From positions 142,850,001-142,914,000 of the forward strand of contig CM059432.1 of assembly GCA_030390025.1 (NCBI GenBank): a stretch of DNA of 64,000 bases. Reading direction: 5' to 3'. This stretch comes from Squalus acanthias. Its lineage: Eukaryota. The notes below the pieces were generated by a model that ran no database searches, was not told the origin of the DNA, and was given only the letters and a program-made list of their open reading frames with translations. A program made the position numbers and the translations under genes. This document shows, one piece after another, positions 1-13,449 of this stretch; positions within the stretch are counted from its first letter, which is position 1; every line of letters begins with the position of its first letter.

Positions 1-2036
1 GGGCTTGAGTGGAATGTTGGAGTTTGAAAGAATTCAAATTCATGGCCTGGATTTGAATCGAGGCCAGATGGGGATCCTCTGCTCCTTGATGCACCTGCCC
101 CTTATTTGCTGTCAATGTATATTGTTTGATAGAAGTGTGCATTTGAATGAAATGTGCTGTTTCAGTCACCGGCTCTGTTTTTCCCCTGGAGCTGATTTAA
201 GAGACGAGACGGCTCAAGTTTGTGTGAAGTAGTTCTCAATGCTTAAACTGTGTAATGATCACGTGATGTTAATAGTATTTGTTGAAGTGGGATTTGGATG
301 TTCTCCCGCTAATATGAACTCAAAATATTTGCTTGTGATTTGGTCTTTCAAGCTAGGAATTACATGCACAGAATCTGTTGAGTAAGTACAGATTTCCTCG
401 CTGCTGCAGTATTTTGTACCTCGTCAATGATGACCAGGATGGGCACGTGTGAGCTGATGGGGGTGTATATATCGTGGCTCAGTTTGATATAACTAAGTCT
501 TGCAATCTGTAATACCCAAGAAAATCAATCTTGAAATCTGTTGTGACTTATGGTGATGATAAAGATCACTTGATGGGGATCGAGTGTTAAAATTGCTGGT
601 ATGTAGGCCAGTTTAACCCAGGCATACTTCTCTCCTCCTCCCCACCATATGTGGGTTAGAAGACAGTGAAATAATTGTATTTAAACTTGGGCTGAAATCC
701 TGAAAGGAATGGAGAGCGTCTCTCGCCTACTTGTGTCTCCTTTCATAGAAAGGATGCTGGGATGCTTGAAATCATCCTTGCTTTAAAAAAAAAAATCAAG
801 ATATTTACTGGATGTTAACGTTTTGCAGAAATGCTCCTTAACACATCTGCCCCTTGTTTCCCGTTGATTATTTATTTGTTTGATGTGAGTGTGCATTTGA
901 ATGAAATGTGACCGCTGTTTGAATCACCTATATGCTGTTTTTCCTTGGAGCTGTTGGAGGTGCGGCTGATTCCGTCCGACAGGCTTGTGACTTATTTGTA
1001 ATAATTGGTGTAATATAGTTGCAGTATTGGAAGCAGATTGCCTGGACTTTACAGAGCCTAGCTATGTTCTACACCACAGGATACGTGCAGTATTTGAACT
1101 TGACTTGAAGTAGCAACTGTTAAACTAATGCTTAACATGCATGTGGAGTCACTATAAATTACCGAATGAAACACAAAAAACGGAATCAGTCTCCCTTGTA
1201 ACTATCGTTCTGCGGTGGGGGGGGGAGGTGTTAGTTGAATTGTTCTAAGTGTCAGGAGCTTCAAGATATAAAAATAGGAAGCCTCAAACTCACTTATTAA
1301 AAGTATGTATGATTTGTTTGGAGCTAAGCAGGCGACGATGACTAGATAGGATACACTGATTTGCATCACTAACCACACAGTTGCGGGGGTGGGGTGGGGC
1401 GGGGCACAGGGGGCGACATTTCCTTAAAGTAATGCAGCCCGTGAAAAATGTCTCCTAAAATTGTATATTGAAGAGCCTGTTTTGTTCTGTACATAAGTCT
1501 GCAGCCTTTCAAAGCCATTAAGTGCCTAATCTGAGCAGCTGGTTCATTTTAATTTTAGGTAGGTGATCTGGGCCCAGGTGCCCGAGTTCTACTGCCCATT
1601 AGTGGTGGTCATTGACGCCTGTTCACTGATATAAAGTAGTAGGCACGAGTGAGAGCTATTTCCACAAGTCATGGCTCTTTTTAGTTGCTTAGCGTTTCTA
1701 GATTAAGGGAGCAATAAAATGGATAACATTTTTTGAAGGCAGTTCCTTTGTTCCAGGGGGATTGATTCAGGTGTTACTTTTGTTAATGGACTGGGTGAGG
1801 GGCACCTGAGCATAGAGGTGATCGGACGTTCTTGGATAGGTTTAGAATAGATCTTAAAAAAAAATCTGCGTTTTATTGAAAACCCTTTCACAACTGTGAC
1901 CAACTGCACAGTCCTTGTTGCAATAGTTTGTTTTTTCAAATAATTAGGAATGCACGAGTTCTTGGAACATTTTGTGATGGCAGATTTCCTATCACGTTGC
2001 TCACTTCCAGTTGAAAGATGGGACTTTCACAGGGAA

Positions 2037-2185
2037 CGACGTTCCCTCTAAGCTGTGCGGCTGTCTGCCGGGCCCGGGCGGGACTGGCTCTCTTCCAATG
2101 TGAAATTTCGCCATGCGCGAAACTTTGAGTGGGCCGCGCAGCCCGTTAAAGGGACCGCGCACCCAAAAAAAATTAGGTAACATTG
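2037..2185. mobile_element. Possible short hAT-like MITE
   Basis: CpG-rich island bounded by CGACGTTCCCTCTAA and TTAGGTAACATTG (imperfect inverted ends). No TSD was found. Confidence 0.35.
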
Positions 2186-2209
2186 GTCGTGTAATAGGTT
2201 TACTTGACA

Positions 2210-2640
2210 GATTCCTGGGATGGGGGAATTGATCCCTGAGGAGAGATTGAGTAGACTAGGCCTACATTCCCTAGAGTTTAGAAGAATGAGAGGTGATCTC
2301 ATTGAAACTTATAAAATTCTTACAGGGCTTGACAGGGTAGATGCTGGAGGATGTTCCCCCTGGCTGGGGAGTCTAGAACCAGGGGTCACAGTCTCAGAAT
2401 AAGGGGTCGGCCATTTAGGACTGAGATGAGGAGAAATTTCTTCACTGAGGGTGGTGAATCTTTGTAATTCTCTAGCTTGAATATCTCATCGATTGAGCCT
2501 CCACAGCCCTCTGGATCAATAGATATTTGGACTCTAAGGGAATCAGGGGACATGAGGATAGTGTGGGAAGTTGAGGTAGGAGATCAGCCATGAGGGCCAA
2601 ATGGCCTACTCCTGCTCCTATTTCTTATTTTCATATGTTC
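2210..2640 (+). mobile_element. CR1 LINE 3' fragment
   Basis: ORF 2220-2402: EERLSRLGLHSLEFRRMRGDLIETYKI, followed by a CR1 3' UTR. Confidence 0.85.
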
Positions 2641-4069
2641 TAATACAGAAGAGATGAGCCAGAGTATCCCTTTTAAGGTTGCAAAGTTTAATTGTTGAGA
2701 ATAAACAGCCGGCTGATCAATCAATGTCTTAAAGCCCTGATTATAACCGAGCCTCTTGAGAACTGGACGCGTTTGGGCTGGAATCCTGATTTACACTCCG
2801 GCCCGACTGTACCCTGTTCTCGCTGGGCGTGTTAACTTAAAATCGGGGCATAATTGTTTGATTTTGTAGATTGGAAAGCGTGTGTGAATTTCATGGTACA
2901 GGTCAGAAATGCCTAGCATTAGCTCCGTGACTGGCTTTCTCTTAAAATTGTGTTGCCTCTGTAGCAAGATGTGACATCTGGTGTGTGTGTGTGTGATTTG
3001 TGCATACTGGATGCAGGAGTTGGTAATCTGGCATTGTTCACGGCTAGGTTTGGGCCTGGGGCAAGGTTTCAGCTGCTCACCTGGCCTGTCTCTTTAAGGT
3101 CACTGTTCAAGTTCTCCCTATGGGAATCCCGGTAGTTAATAGCTGCTTGTAAATTGCTGAAAGCAATTAGGGGTCAGTAAATTACCTGTAAATTGTAGGT
3201 TCCTGGTCAGAAGTTTTATTTAAAGAGATGGTTTTGCACCTGTAACAGTGTGATGAAAGGTGCACGAGGGTAAGACTTTTATATAGATATTAACATGTCC
3301 TCTTTAGCACTGTTCAGTGTGTCTTGAGATAATGGGGGCCTTGTGGGAGTAAGAAGGGGTCCACTTGCAAGAGATCTCTGCAGACCGTGCACTGTCATTT
3401 TTGTTTGGTTCCTGGAAAATAACTCTCTAGTGTTTTCCCTATCCGATGCAAGTAGATAAATGCCAGCTATATAAATTTCTCCAGCCATTTAGAGCGAGGT
3501 TTTATAAGATGCCTAGAAAAATAGAAAAGATGAAACTACTGTGCATCTTTCCGTTGCCGACTATCTCTGCAACAGTACTTGTCTTGTAAATTACTGCAAA
3601 TAGTTATTTTTTTTAAAGCAGTCAAGCAGAGGTGAATGACCTCTCTTTGAACTGGAAGAAATTGCATTTTACACCACCTGCTTTGTGATATTCTACAAAG
3701 ACCAAAAGGACACTATTAGTCACTCCCCCCCCACAAGAGTTTAACGAAGTAATACCTAACATCAAGTTTTTGTGTCAGGTAATTGTATGTTTCTGATATT
3801 AATGCATGTTTGTGAATATCTGTGCATCAGGCATTGACTGGATGGAATAAGCCGAGTGTTGGCAGAATCTAATTGCGACAGTATATTCGATGGTGTACGT
3901 CGTGCAGCACCTTGGCGACTTTGACAGCTGGGATTTTGGTAATCCTACCCTGATGATAGATGACCTGCTGAATTGTAAACGGCAAGTCGGGAGATTACAT
4001 TGAGAGCGCAAAGTTATAAATGACCAGCGCAAGAGAAAAGTTGTACAGACTGAATACAAGGTCACTCTT

Positions 4070-4250
4070 GCCCCCCCCCCCCCGCTCGTGCTCTCGCCCT
4101 CCCGCTCTCGCCCTCTCCCCCCCTGCTCTCGCCCTCGCCCCCTCATTCTCGCCCTCCTTGCCCTCGCCCTCGCTTTTGCCCCCTCGCTCTCTCGCACGTG
4201 CTCCCGCCCCGCTCGCTTCTCGTTTTTCTCTCCTCTATCTCTCTCCTCCT
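4070..4250. repeat. Degenerate (CTCGCC)n / pyrimidine-rich tract
   Basis: Repeated ctcgcc units after a poly-C run. Confidence 0.8.
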
Positions 4251-5053
4251 CCATGTCACCGTCCCATCTGTCTGTTCTTCTCGGATATTATATATTTATA
4301 CATATCTATACCCTGCTCCAAAAGCAGTCTGAGAAAAGGCTATAATTCTGCACTGCTTCTAAAATGATACTGACATCAGTATTATAACTTAGGCATGAAA
4401 TGTTTTTGGAAGTTTTCAAATACCATCAGTTGTAAGATGGACAGTACAGAAGTTATTCAAATCTGAATTCATTTTAGTTTTAATTCACGATATTAGCTCA
4501 AATTTCACAGTGACAAAAATCAACATTAGTAACATACTCCAAGGTCTCTCTCTTTAAGGCAAAACAATACTGTTTTAGGAAATCTGCTATTATCAGACTG
4601 TATGTTACACTGAGGCAAACCTGTTGTAAAGGAAGTGGTAGTGTTTCTATTTTATGTTCTGGATTATCAATGAATTGCAGTCAACTTGTTACCTTATCAG
4701 TGGGAGTTTTTCGGTAGTCAGATGCATGAAGGCTTCTCCGGGTTCACATTAACTTAGCACAAGAAAATAAATCACTTAGAAGAAGGGCACTGATATAATT
4801 CTGTCTTTAATGAGGTTCTGTAAGCACTGGTTTGGACATCTGTGGTTCATTCCTTTAGAGTAATACCTGGCCTTAAACAGAAACACTTGACATCTGAAAC
4901 ATTAAAACAGGTTTCTCAACCTTCAGGATTGATAGCATCCTGTTAATCAAGCAGTACAGCTATAAAATCAAGTAACAGTTCCCTGTTTGTAATTTAGCTG
5001 CAAAGAAACCATTTTAGTTATTTCAGCTTTGTTAGTTACTTTTCACTACTGTG

Positions 5054-5055
<2 letters not shown>

Positions 5056-5093
<38 letters not shown>
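5056..5093. repeat. (TG)n microsatellite
   Basis: Direct reading. Confidence 0.95.
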
Positions 5094-5094
<1 letters not shown>

Positions 5095-5174
5095 TTTTCA
5101 GCCATCTTTGCACATTTACACAAGTTTTTAAATTTGTAATTAAAGTTTGTTTGGTATATACCAAGGTGATGTGG

Positions 5175-5482
5175 TGTGTCCCACAAACAGCAATGAAGTA
5201 AATCTGTTTGCTTTTGCTTGGCGGGTAAATGCTGGTCAGGGCATTGGGAGAACTACTTGCTCTTTAAATAATTCCACAGGATCTTTAACGGTCCAACTGA
5301 ACAGGTAAATTGGGCCTCGTTTTAACATCTCGTGCAAAGGATGCCACCTCCAACACTGCAGTAGCCTCTCGGTAATGCACTTTAAGTGTCAGCCCAGATT
5401 ATATCCTCAAACCATGGAGGTGCTCTTGAACCCACAACTTTTGACTTGGAGGTAAGACAGCTACCACTGAAGCAAGGTGGCA
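5175..5482 (-). mobile_element. Diverged Deu-domain SINE copy
   Basis: cccacaaacagcaat...ttgaacccacaac...ctaccactga motifs on the reverse strand. Confidence 0.6.
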
Positions 5483-6994
5483 CATGGGCTGTGTCGTGCA
5501 TTTGAGGTTTGACTTTGAAAGTAAGTACTGTAGTTGTGAATTTTCGATTGTTCTGCTGAGCACCTTGCTCTTTGTGTTGTGCAGGACACGTCGAATATCA
5601 TACTCGAGCTGACCCAGACCTCCTACTGCAGACCTACTCCTGGCAGGCATCTCATCTGAATGGAGTGTCTCTTGCACTTGTGTGTTCACGTGTAGTTTTA
5701 GATTTGCTTTCAGTTATTAGGAATATATAATGGTAGGTCTGAGTATGGGGATTGCTCAAATTGCAAGACTTGTCGAATAATTTGCTCCCTTTTAAGCAGG
5801 CAAAACATTTGTGTGATGTGATACTCCTTTGAGGTGTGGAAGATGCAGAGATCAGTCATGCTCGCTTCTCGTGAGTACGTTCTCAACGAGCTGACTAGAT
5901 ATTCTGCTGACCTACAGGCCTCATTAAATATGCACAATATTGTGGCGAAATAGGCTGTGAAGTTTTGTCTGTATATAGATAGATATATAGATATATTTTT
6001 ATTTGATATCGAGTAATCACTGCTGTCATGCGGCTTTGATACCATCACACCTGAAAATTCTGCGGTAAATTTTAGAAAGAGTCGTGTGAATACACTCAAG
6101 TTAAGCGGAAAGGCCTAGGAAACTGAACATTGTTTTAGCGACAAGCCACTTAAAGCTGACTATTCAAAGTGGCACCTTACTTTGTGAAAATGCTACTTTA
6201 TAATTGCAGCATGTAACGGAGCCCATTCGTTTATTTTTAGGACGGCTAAATTACAGCAGATCTCAAAGGTCAAGTAAATAAAAAAAAAATTTAAATGGAG
6301 GATCCGAGAGCCAAACTAGCACATCAGTAATGTGGAGAGAATGAAGATTGACTTTACGCTGCAGGCATTCCCCACTCTAAAGGAGTGGTATTTTGTTAAC
6401 ATTAATACAAGTAGATATGAAAGGATCCTGAATGCTGTTGAGGGAATGGGACAATTGCTAAAGTGGTGCCATCAATAGACCCTCACTGGGGAAAAAAGTG
6501 CTTCTCTCTCCCTCATTATAGACCTAAAGAAACAGTGGCAGTTTGACAATCCGTTATCTTCAGTGTAAGTCTTGTGGGAATGTCGTCTTGTTTTTATTAA
6601 GTTGAAAAGCAGTCTTCCCCAATTTAGTGCACGCCGGTCCTATTGGAGCTGTTAAGGAATGGAGGCCTCCAGCTTGTCAGAAACCAGCGCTGATGAGTCA
6701 GCTTGTGAACATGATTTAGCACAGAGTAAGAAAATCGAGATACACAGCTTTAGCGCTGCAGAGCTCGAACACCCTTTCTTCACCAACATTGATCAAAGTG
6801 GTTTGCTTAGACCCCGTGGAGTTTTTAGGCTGTCAGTCTCACTCTGCTGCAGTAGTTTTAAGTTCTTGAAAAGATGATAAAAGCATGTTTATTATGAAGC
6901 TTAAGTTGGGATACACTGTGAGTTATAATTAACCCTTTGAATCTTAAGCTTTTGCTTTTAACTTGGATTATAACTAGTGCTTTCGTTTGCATCC

Positions 6995-7230
6995 AGCAAC
7001 AATAACTTGCATTTATATAGCGCCTTTAATGTAGTAAAATGTCCCATGGTGCTTCACAGGAGTGCAATCAGACAAAAATTGACACTGAGCCAAAGAATGA
7101 GACATTATAACAGCTCACTAAAAGCTTGGTCAAAGAGGTAGGTTTTAAAAAGCGTCTTATAGGAGGTAGAGAGGTTTAGGGAGGGAATTCCAGAGCTTTG
7201 GGCCTAGGCAGCTGAAGGCACAGCCACGCT
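6995..7230 (-). mobile_element. L2 3' end fragment
   Basis: Homologous to 29760-30010. Confidence 0.75.
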
Positions 7231-7656
7231 GCAGTCATAGTGGAAATGCAACTAAAATCCGGAGTCAAGGCTCTGGAGGAGGGAGTCTCGCTTTGCTTCA
7301 GAATCCGTGTCATCTGATTTCCACACCAAGTTGTTTGGGCTTTGCACCAATGCTAAACTTGTGGAGTGTGAATGCACTCTTCCATCCACTCAGTTTTCTC
7401 AAAAGTTGCTGCAGAATTGCCAGCTGAATTAGTTAGTTAATAAATTTAAAAGGTATGGTGTATTCCTTAATTGGCCACTGTTGGTGCTAAAAATGTAATT
7501 TTACCCATGGTCTGCGAAAAAGAATCTTTAAAAAATAAATTCTGTGCAAATTGGTGCTTCTGCAACCTTGCATTGGCTGCCATTTTTAATGTGGTCAAGC
7601 AAAATGCTGATGTTCCTGTCTACCTATAGCCTGAGTGTATCTAATTGACCAGTTCT

Positions 7657-8680
7657 TAGGAACATGGGAATGGGAACAGGAGCAGGCCATTCAGCTCCTC
7701 GAGCCTGCTCCGCCATTCAATTAGATCATGGCTGATCGAAACTCCATTTACCCGCCTTTGCTCCATTTCCCTTGATACGCTTGCCTCACAAATATCTTTC
7801 AATCTCAGTCTTGAAAATTTCAATTAACACAGCATTCACAGCCTTTTGGGGAGTGAGTTCCAGATTTCCACTACTCTGTGTGGAAAAAGTGCTCCCTGAT
7901 TTCACTCCTGAACGGCCTGGCTCTAATTTTAAGTTTATGCCCCCTTGTTCTGGATTCCCCCCCACCAGAGGAAATAGTTTCTCTGTATTTACTCTGGAAT
8001 TCCATCATCATTTTAAATACTGCGATTAGATCACCCCTTAAATGTTCTTTACTCAAGGGAATATATGTTTATGCAACCTTTCCTCATAATTTAACCTTTA
8101 TAGCCTCGGTATAATTCTGGTGAATCTGCACTGCACCCCCTCCAGGGCCAATATATCCTTCCTGAGGTTCGGTGCCCAGAACTGAACGCAGTTCTCTAGA
8201 TGGGGTCTAACCAGAGCTTTATACAACTGTAACATAACTTCCTCTTCTTTGTATTCCAGCTCCCTCGAGATACAGGCCAAAATTCCATTATCCTTTTCGA
8301 TAGCTTTTTGTACCTGCCCACTAGTTTTTACACGGACACCCAAATCTCTCTGCTCCTCCACAGTCCCTAGTTTCTCACCATTAAGAAAATACTCCGATTT
8401 GCCCTTCTTGGATCCAAAGTGAAAGACCGTGCATTTCCCCACATTGAACTCATTTGCCACAGTTTTGCCCACTTATTTAATCTATCTATGTCCCTTTGCA
8501 ACTTCCTGCTCCCACCTGCACTGCTTACTGTGCCACCCAACTTGATGTCATCTGCAAACCTTGATATACAGCTCTCTATTCTTTCATCCTTCCTGGATCT
8601 TAGTCCTTGATAAATATGGTGAAAGGTTGCGGTCCCAGTATAGATCCCCGGGGAACACCGCGCGTCACACCCTGTCATTT
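7657..8680 (-). mobile_element. CR1 LINE 3' fragment
   Basis: ORFs 8367-8678 (ISRFADDIKLGG), 8098-8472 (LVRPHLENCVQFWAP) and 7871-8056. Confidence 0.88.
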
Positions 8681-9082
8681 ACTCTTCATCTAAACCCAAG
8701 ATGAGAGGGAAAGTGTCACTGGCTGCACGGCACAATGATTCCCTCGTTCTTGAAAACATTTTTCTTCAAATCACTATATTTGATTAAGAAATCGTGTTCC
8801 TTTCAAGGATCATAAACCAAGAGAATTTTTTTTAAACGTTTCTGTGAATAAACTGAAAATGATATTTCAGTTTGATTTTTAAAACATTTTTGAAAGAAAT
8901 TAATGCTATGGGATGTTCAAGGAGTTGTACTTTTTGCAACAACATATCTCAAGATTTTGCCCCTCAAGTTTACTGGAATTCATTGAGATAGCAACTAAAT
9001 TAGGTGAAAAGGAAGTCCAGTGGATATAATTTATTTGGATGTTAGGAAAGTATTCGATGCAAGTTCTCCACATGAGATTTTA

Positions 9083-9447
9083 TGTGGTATGGTAGCATAG
9101 TGGGTTATGTTACTGGACTAGTAATCCAGAGGCCTGGACTAATGATATGATTTCAAATCCCACCACGGCAGTTAATTAAATAAATCTGGAATAAAAAGCT
9201 AGTGTCAGTAATGGTGACCATAAAACTACCGGATTGTCGTTAAAAACCCATCTGGTTCACTAATGTCCTTTAGGGAAGGAAATCTGCCGTCCTTACCTGG
9301 TCTGGCCTATGTGACTCCAGACCCACAGCAATGTGGTTGACTCTTGACTGTGGCTCACCACCACCTTCTCAAGTGCAATTAGGGATGGGCAATCAATGCC
9401 GGCCTTGCCAGTGACGCCCACGTCTCATGAACGAATAACATTTTTTT
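9083..9447 (+). mobile_element. tRNA-derived SINE of a third family sharing its tail with a LINE
   Basis: A-box-like GGTAGCATAGTGG and B-box-like TTCAAATCC. The tail GGCTCACCACCACCTTCTCAAG..CAATTAGGGATGGGCAAT..GGCCTTGCCAG is shared with the LINE 3' end at 34960-35160. Confidence 0.7.
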
Positions 9448-9522
9448 AATGAAGATTATTCAACACTTGGAATTAATGGCAGAATAACTAATTAGATTGA
9501 AATCCACCGTAACTGGAAATTA

Positions 9523-9650
9523 GAAAATGCAAAATACTGCGGATGCTGGAAATTTGAAATAAAAACAGAAAATGCTGGAAATACTCAGCAGGTCAGGCAG
9601 CATCGATGACCTTTTGTCAGAACTGGAAAAGGTTAGAGATATACCAGGTT
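9523..9650 (-). mobile_element. Family-B Penelope pLTR copy, internally deleted
   Basis: gcaaaatactgcggatgctggaaat...gcagcatc is joined directly to gatgaccttttgtcagaactgg, so half of the ribozyme motif is missing. Confidence 0.75.
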
Positions 9651-10944
9651 TTAACTTGAAATTAGTTGGATTAGTGCACAGTGTTCTGTTCAATAGGATG
9701 AGACCGTTGAATTATTTGCTGCTGGAGGAATGCACAGCAGTATTTCCCAGTAGAATGTTCTCAGAGTTCATCCCCTTTTTTCCTTCCTCTTCCCCCCCCA
9801 CCCCCCCACCCCCCCCCAAGCTTGGATTGTCTGTTGATCTCCCCCCTGACCATTAGTGACCATTTTTCTTACATCTTGTTAAGCAGACACTAATGCCAGC
9901 TGGGTGCACAGAAGCATGCAGACATCGGCAGCTCTGGAGATTGTGTCCCATGTGATACTCAGGAACTGGCAAGCCGGGCCTGTCTCAACTGAGTTTCAGG
10001 AACCCAAGTTGGCAAAAACCCATATTCAGATGGCTATTAAACTTGTGGTTTGTTATCTCCTCCCTGCTCTTAAACGCCCCCCCCCCCCACACACATCTCG
10101 TGTGTCCACTAGCACGTGGGTAAGAATGATCAGACTACTGTTTTAGTGCTGAATTTTGAACAGTTAGAGCATTAAGAGATTGCTGAATAATGTCCTGGTG
10201 ACAGCGTAAGTAATTTGCCTTGCAGTTAACTGGAGAAAGGGGGCAGCACTGTTTGCATTATCAATTTAATTAGTCAAATACTTTTCAAGTGGGGAAAGGA
10301 ATTCTTTTAATGTGACTTTAAGGACATGTGTGGAATTGCCAAGCTGCTTGGTGCTCTCCAGTCCATAACAAAGATTTGAGAGCTGCTATGTGTTCACACC
10401 AACATGCTCAATTGCAAACAAAGTTGGTCTTTTTCTGGCACACATACAGATTAATTCCCTTTAAAACTTAGGAGAGCCGAGTGGTTAAAATGAACATATT
10501 CCTTGAGTTTACAGCTTGCTCCATACATATCGGCAGACTTATGTGGCAGCAGGTTCAGCACTCTTGTGGGGGTTGGGGTTGGGGGGGGGGGGGGGGGGAA
10601 ATATAAGCGCAATCCTACAAATATTTTCATTGTGAAATGGAAAAAAAAATATGCTATCATGCATTCAGGCTAGGTGTTGGCTTGTGCTCAAGCAATAGAT
10701 CACTTGACATCATTCTTCACAGAAGCAGATTTCATTCCATGTTGTCAGAAACCTCAACTCCAGCATTAAAATTTGGGAAGCAAAGAACTGTGTTGGCCAA
10801 GGAGCTGAGCTGAACCTGTTTGTCATTCAAATCTGTCTCTGGATTTCTCTTGTGCTGCACATACAAGCTGTTTCTGCCATTAACTGTCAGTTTTATTTTG
10901 GTGTACGAGGGGGTAGGTTACTGCTTAATTGCCGATCAATCGAT

Positions 10945-11690
10945 CGCTGGAACGTCATGGGGGAAGCACAGCCAGAATACTTTGCACCACACCAGTGGCC
11001 CTAGTCTACTCTACTGCAGAATACTGCTCTGCTTCATGGTCCTGCAGCCGCCACACAAAGATCGTGGACATGCAACTAAAGGCCGCCATGAGGACGGTGT
11101 CAGGGACGCTCAAGTCCACTCTGAGTGGCTCCCGGTGCTGTCGCACATCGCCCCACCTGCCATTCACCGCGACGCCACCGTGCTCCGTGAGATGGAAAAA
11201 AATCATCAGCAACATCGACCTTCCCATTCACGAAGACTTGAAAAACCCATCATGAATGCGCTTAAAATCACACCGGCCATTCTGGGAAACAACAGCCAAT
11301 ATCCATGCAGGTGGTATGGACCCACTATCCAGATGGATGGAATCGTGGGGCGCATGCAACATAAAGAACCAACAGCTCATCACTGACCTAACAGCAGAGT
11401 TCCTGGCTTCGACCTCCCTCAAACAGTGGACAGCGCTCAACCCAATCCGCACAGGGCAGGGACGACACGGCCACCTGCTCCACCAGTGGAAGATGAGGGA
11501 CGACCCAAAGTGCGACTGTGGCCATGAGTCCCAGACCCTGGAACACATCACACCAACCTGCCCACTGAGATCTGTTGCAGGAGGCACTTCATTTCTCCAC
11601 TCGGCACCTCATTTTTCCCATCGAATGGAGAGCCAAACGAGACATCCCATTATAAGCTTTTCCCGTCATATGAAACAACAACAACAACTA
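10945..11690 (+). mobile_element. Vingi/ingi-like (I-group) non-LTR retrotransposon 3' fragment
   Basis: Frameshifted peptides ALVYSTAEYCSASW..., WLPVLSHIAPPAIHR and WTALNPIRTGQGRHGHLLHQWKMRDDPKCDCGHESQTLEHITPTCP (CCHC finger). No RNase H is evident, and it ends in (CAA)n. Confidence 0.65.
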
Positions 11691-12082
11691 GATTGAGGTT
11701 CAGTGCTAAAGTTCCTTTCATTCAACTCCCACCTCATAAGTTTCCCCAATTCTCAACTAGACCATTCATTCTGTTAGGAGGAAGACTAATCTCTTTGCGC
11801 TGAATTGTACCTGCTGTTGGCTGATGCTTGAGAAGCATTGATGGTACCTGTGGGTGCCAAAGTCTTCATGGCTGAAGAAGGATTTGCTGTTGAATAGCGG
11901 GTTCAATTGCCAAGAACCTTGTACAAAATGAAACCCAACATTTAAATCTCAAACACTGATCTGTGTGCAGTGATGTAATGGACTTGTTTAATTGTCCTTG
12001 ATTTATTAGAAGTACTGTCTTTCTTCCCCCTGCAGTTTTTCCTCACATTTTCTCCTCTTCATATTCCCTTTATTGAGGTAAT

Positions 12083-12824
12083 GGCCCAGAAATTGATCTC
12101 GCTCTGTTCCCGCGGGGGTAAGCCTTCCCCGCGATGTCTCACCTCGCTTATGCTTTTTCTGATCCAGCTCGCACGAACTTGATGTTCCAGACATCAGCTG
12201 TGCTGGGCTTGCGTATCCCAGCGGCGTAGTGAATTCGTGCGAGCTGTGGGATCACGTGACTCAGTTAGAGCCAATGGCAGCACACCATCTTCCATTCATA
12301 AGTCTCACAGCATGGCTGTGAGACTTATGAATCTTACACCCCCCCAAAATAACAGCTAAACCTCAATTAAATTTAAAAAAAAACCCATCACATTAATAAA
12401 ATAAGTATAGTTAATTAAATTAACCATTTTAAATAAAAAATTAAATTTTTGAAAAAATTTAATCTTTTAAAAAGTTATAAAAATAAACTTACCTGTCTTT
12501 AAAGTCTATAAAAAAGATATACCTGTAAAAAAAAATTCAAAAAAATACTTAATTCACTACTTACCTTCTTAAAAGCGGGTCTTACTCCTCCTTTTTACAT
12601 TTCCAAAATCTTCCCTACTTACCTGCGCGTCCAAAGCATGAAGTGCACAGCGTGCGCGCAGCCTGTAGCGCGCACGCGATGCACCCAGGCCCCGCCCCCT
12701 TTTCGGAAGAGCAATTGCCGGTTTTCAGCGCATGCGCAGGGCATGCAGAAAACCGGCAATTGGAGTGGGAATACGCGAGAGTATGCAGTGCGTACTCTCG
12801 CGTCCCGGGATCAATTTTCGGCCC
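12083..12824. mobile_element. MITE related to 13450-14146
   Basis: Ends GGCCCAGAAATTGATC / GATCAATTTTCGGCCC (13/16), flanks AAT/ATT. Shares GGGATCACGTG, CCAATGG, AAAATAAACTTACC and TTTCAGCGCATGCGC with the neighbouring element. Confidence 0.7.
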
Positions 12825-13449
12825 ATTGACTCATGTTCGGGTATGGTTCCACAGGTGTTGGGATCTTTCCCAAGTGTCTGCTCTTATGAATTGGGAGTGG
12901 AATTCATGGTTAAGTCTGAGGCAAGACTCTGCTCTTCCAGCAGTGGTCATTGAATCATTGCCAGGAAATGGGCATTTGTACTTTTCCCTTGCCAAGAAAC
13001 GGTGATGCCAAATTTAGTGCCCCTGCAGTTGCCCCAGCTAAGATTGACTTGCTCATCATTGACTAGAGGTTGGCGTTTCTTGCCTATATGTCTCAGTACT
13101 ATGCCATTTGTTACATCAGCCCACTGTGCCGTCTTGGGACCTGATGATATACAGACACTTGAGTGCATAATGTGCTGTCTATTTTTTCTCTTTTGAAAGC
13201 TAGAATTGTTGCATAGAGGAATTGATGCATGTCCCTGGCAAACTCAGTCTTTTTAAAGCATCACTTCAGACATTCCTAATTTTGTCCCAGACTAGAAAAG
13301 CTTTGTCAAATACCCAAGAATATTTGTTACTGTTGGTTACTACCTTCCCCATTTTCCCCTTCCTTCATTTGTCCACAATTTCATCTAAATTCAAGTTATA
13401 CATTTAAGTCAAGTTACGAGTAACAGCTGTAATAAAAATTCAACTTATT

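Noticed and set aside
3799..4367. Arg/Glu-rich and Pro/Ser-rich ORFs (also 15860-16509 and 51936-52441)
   Set aside because: Translations of low-complexity pyrimidine/purine tracts.
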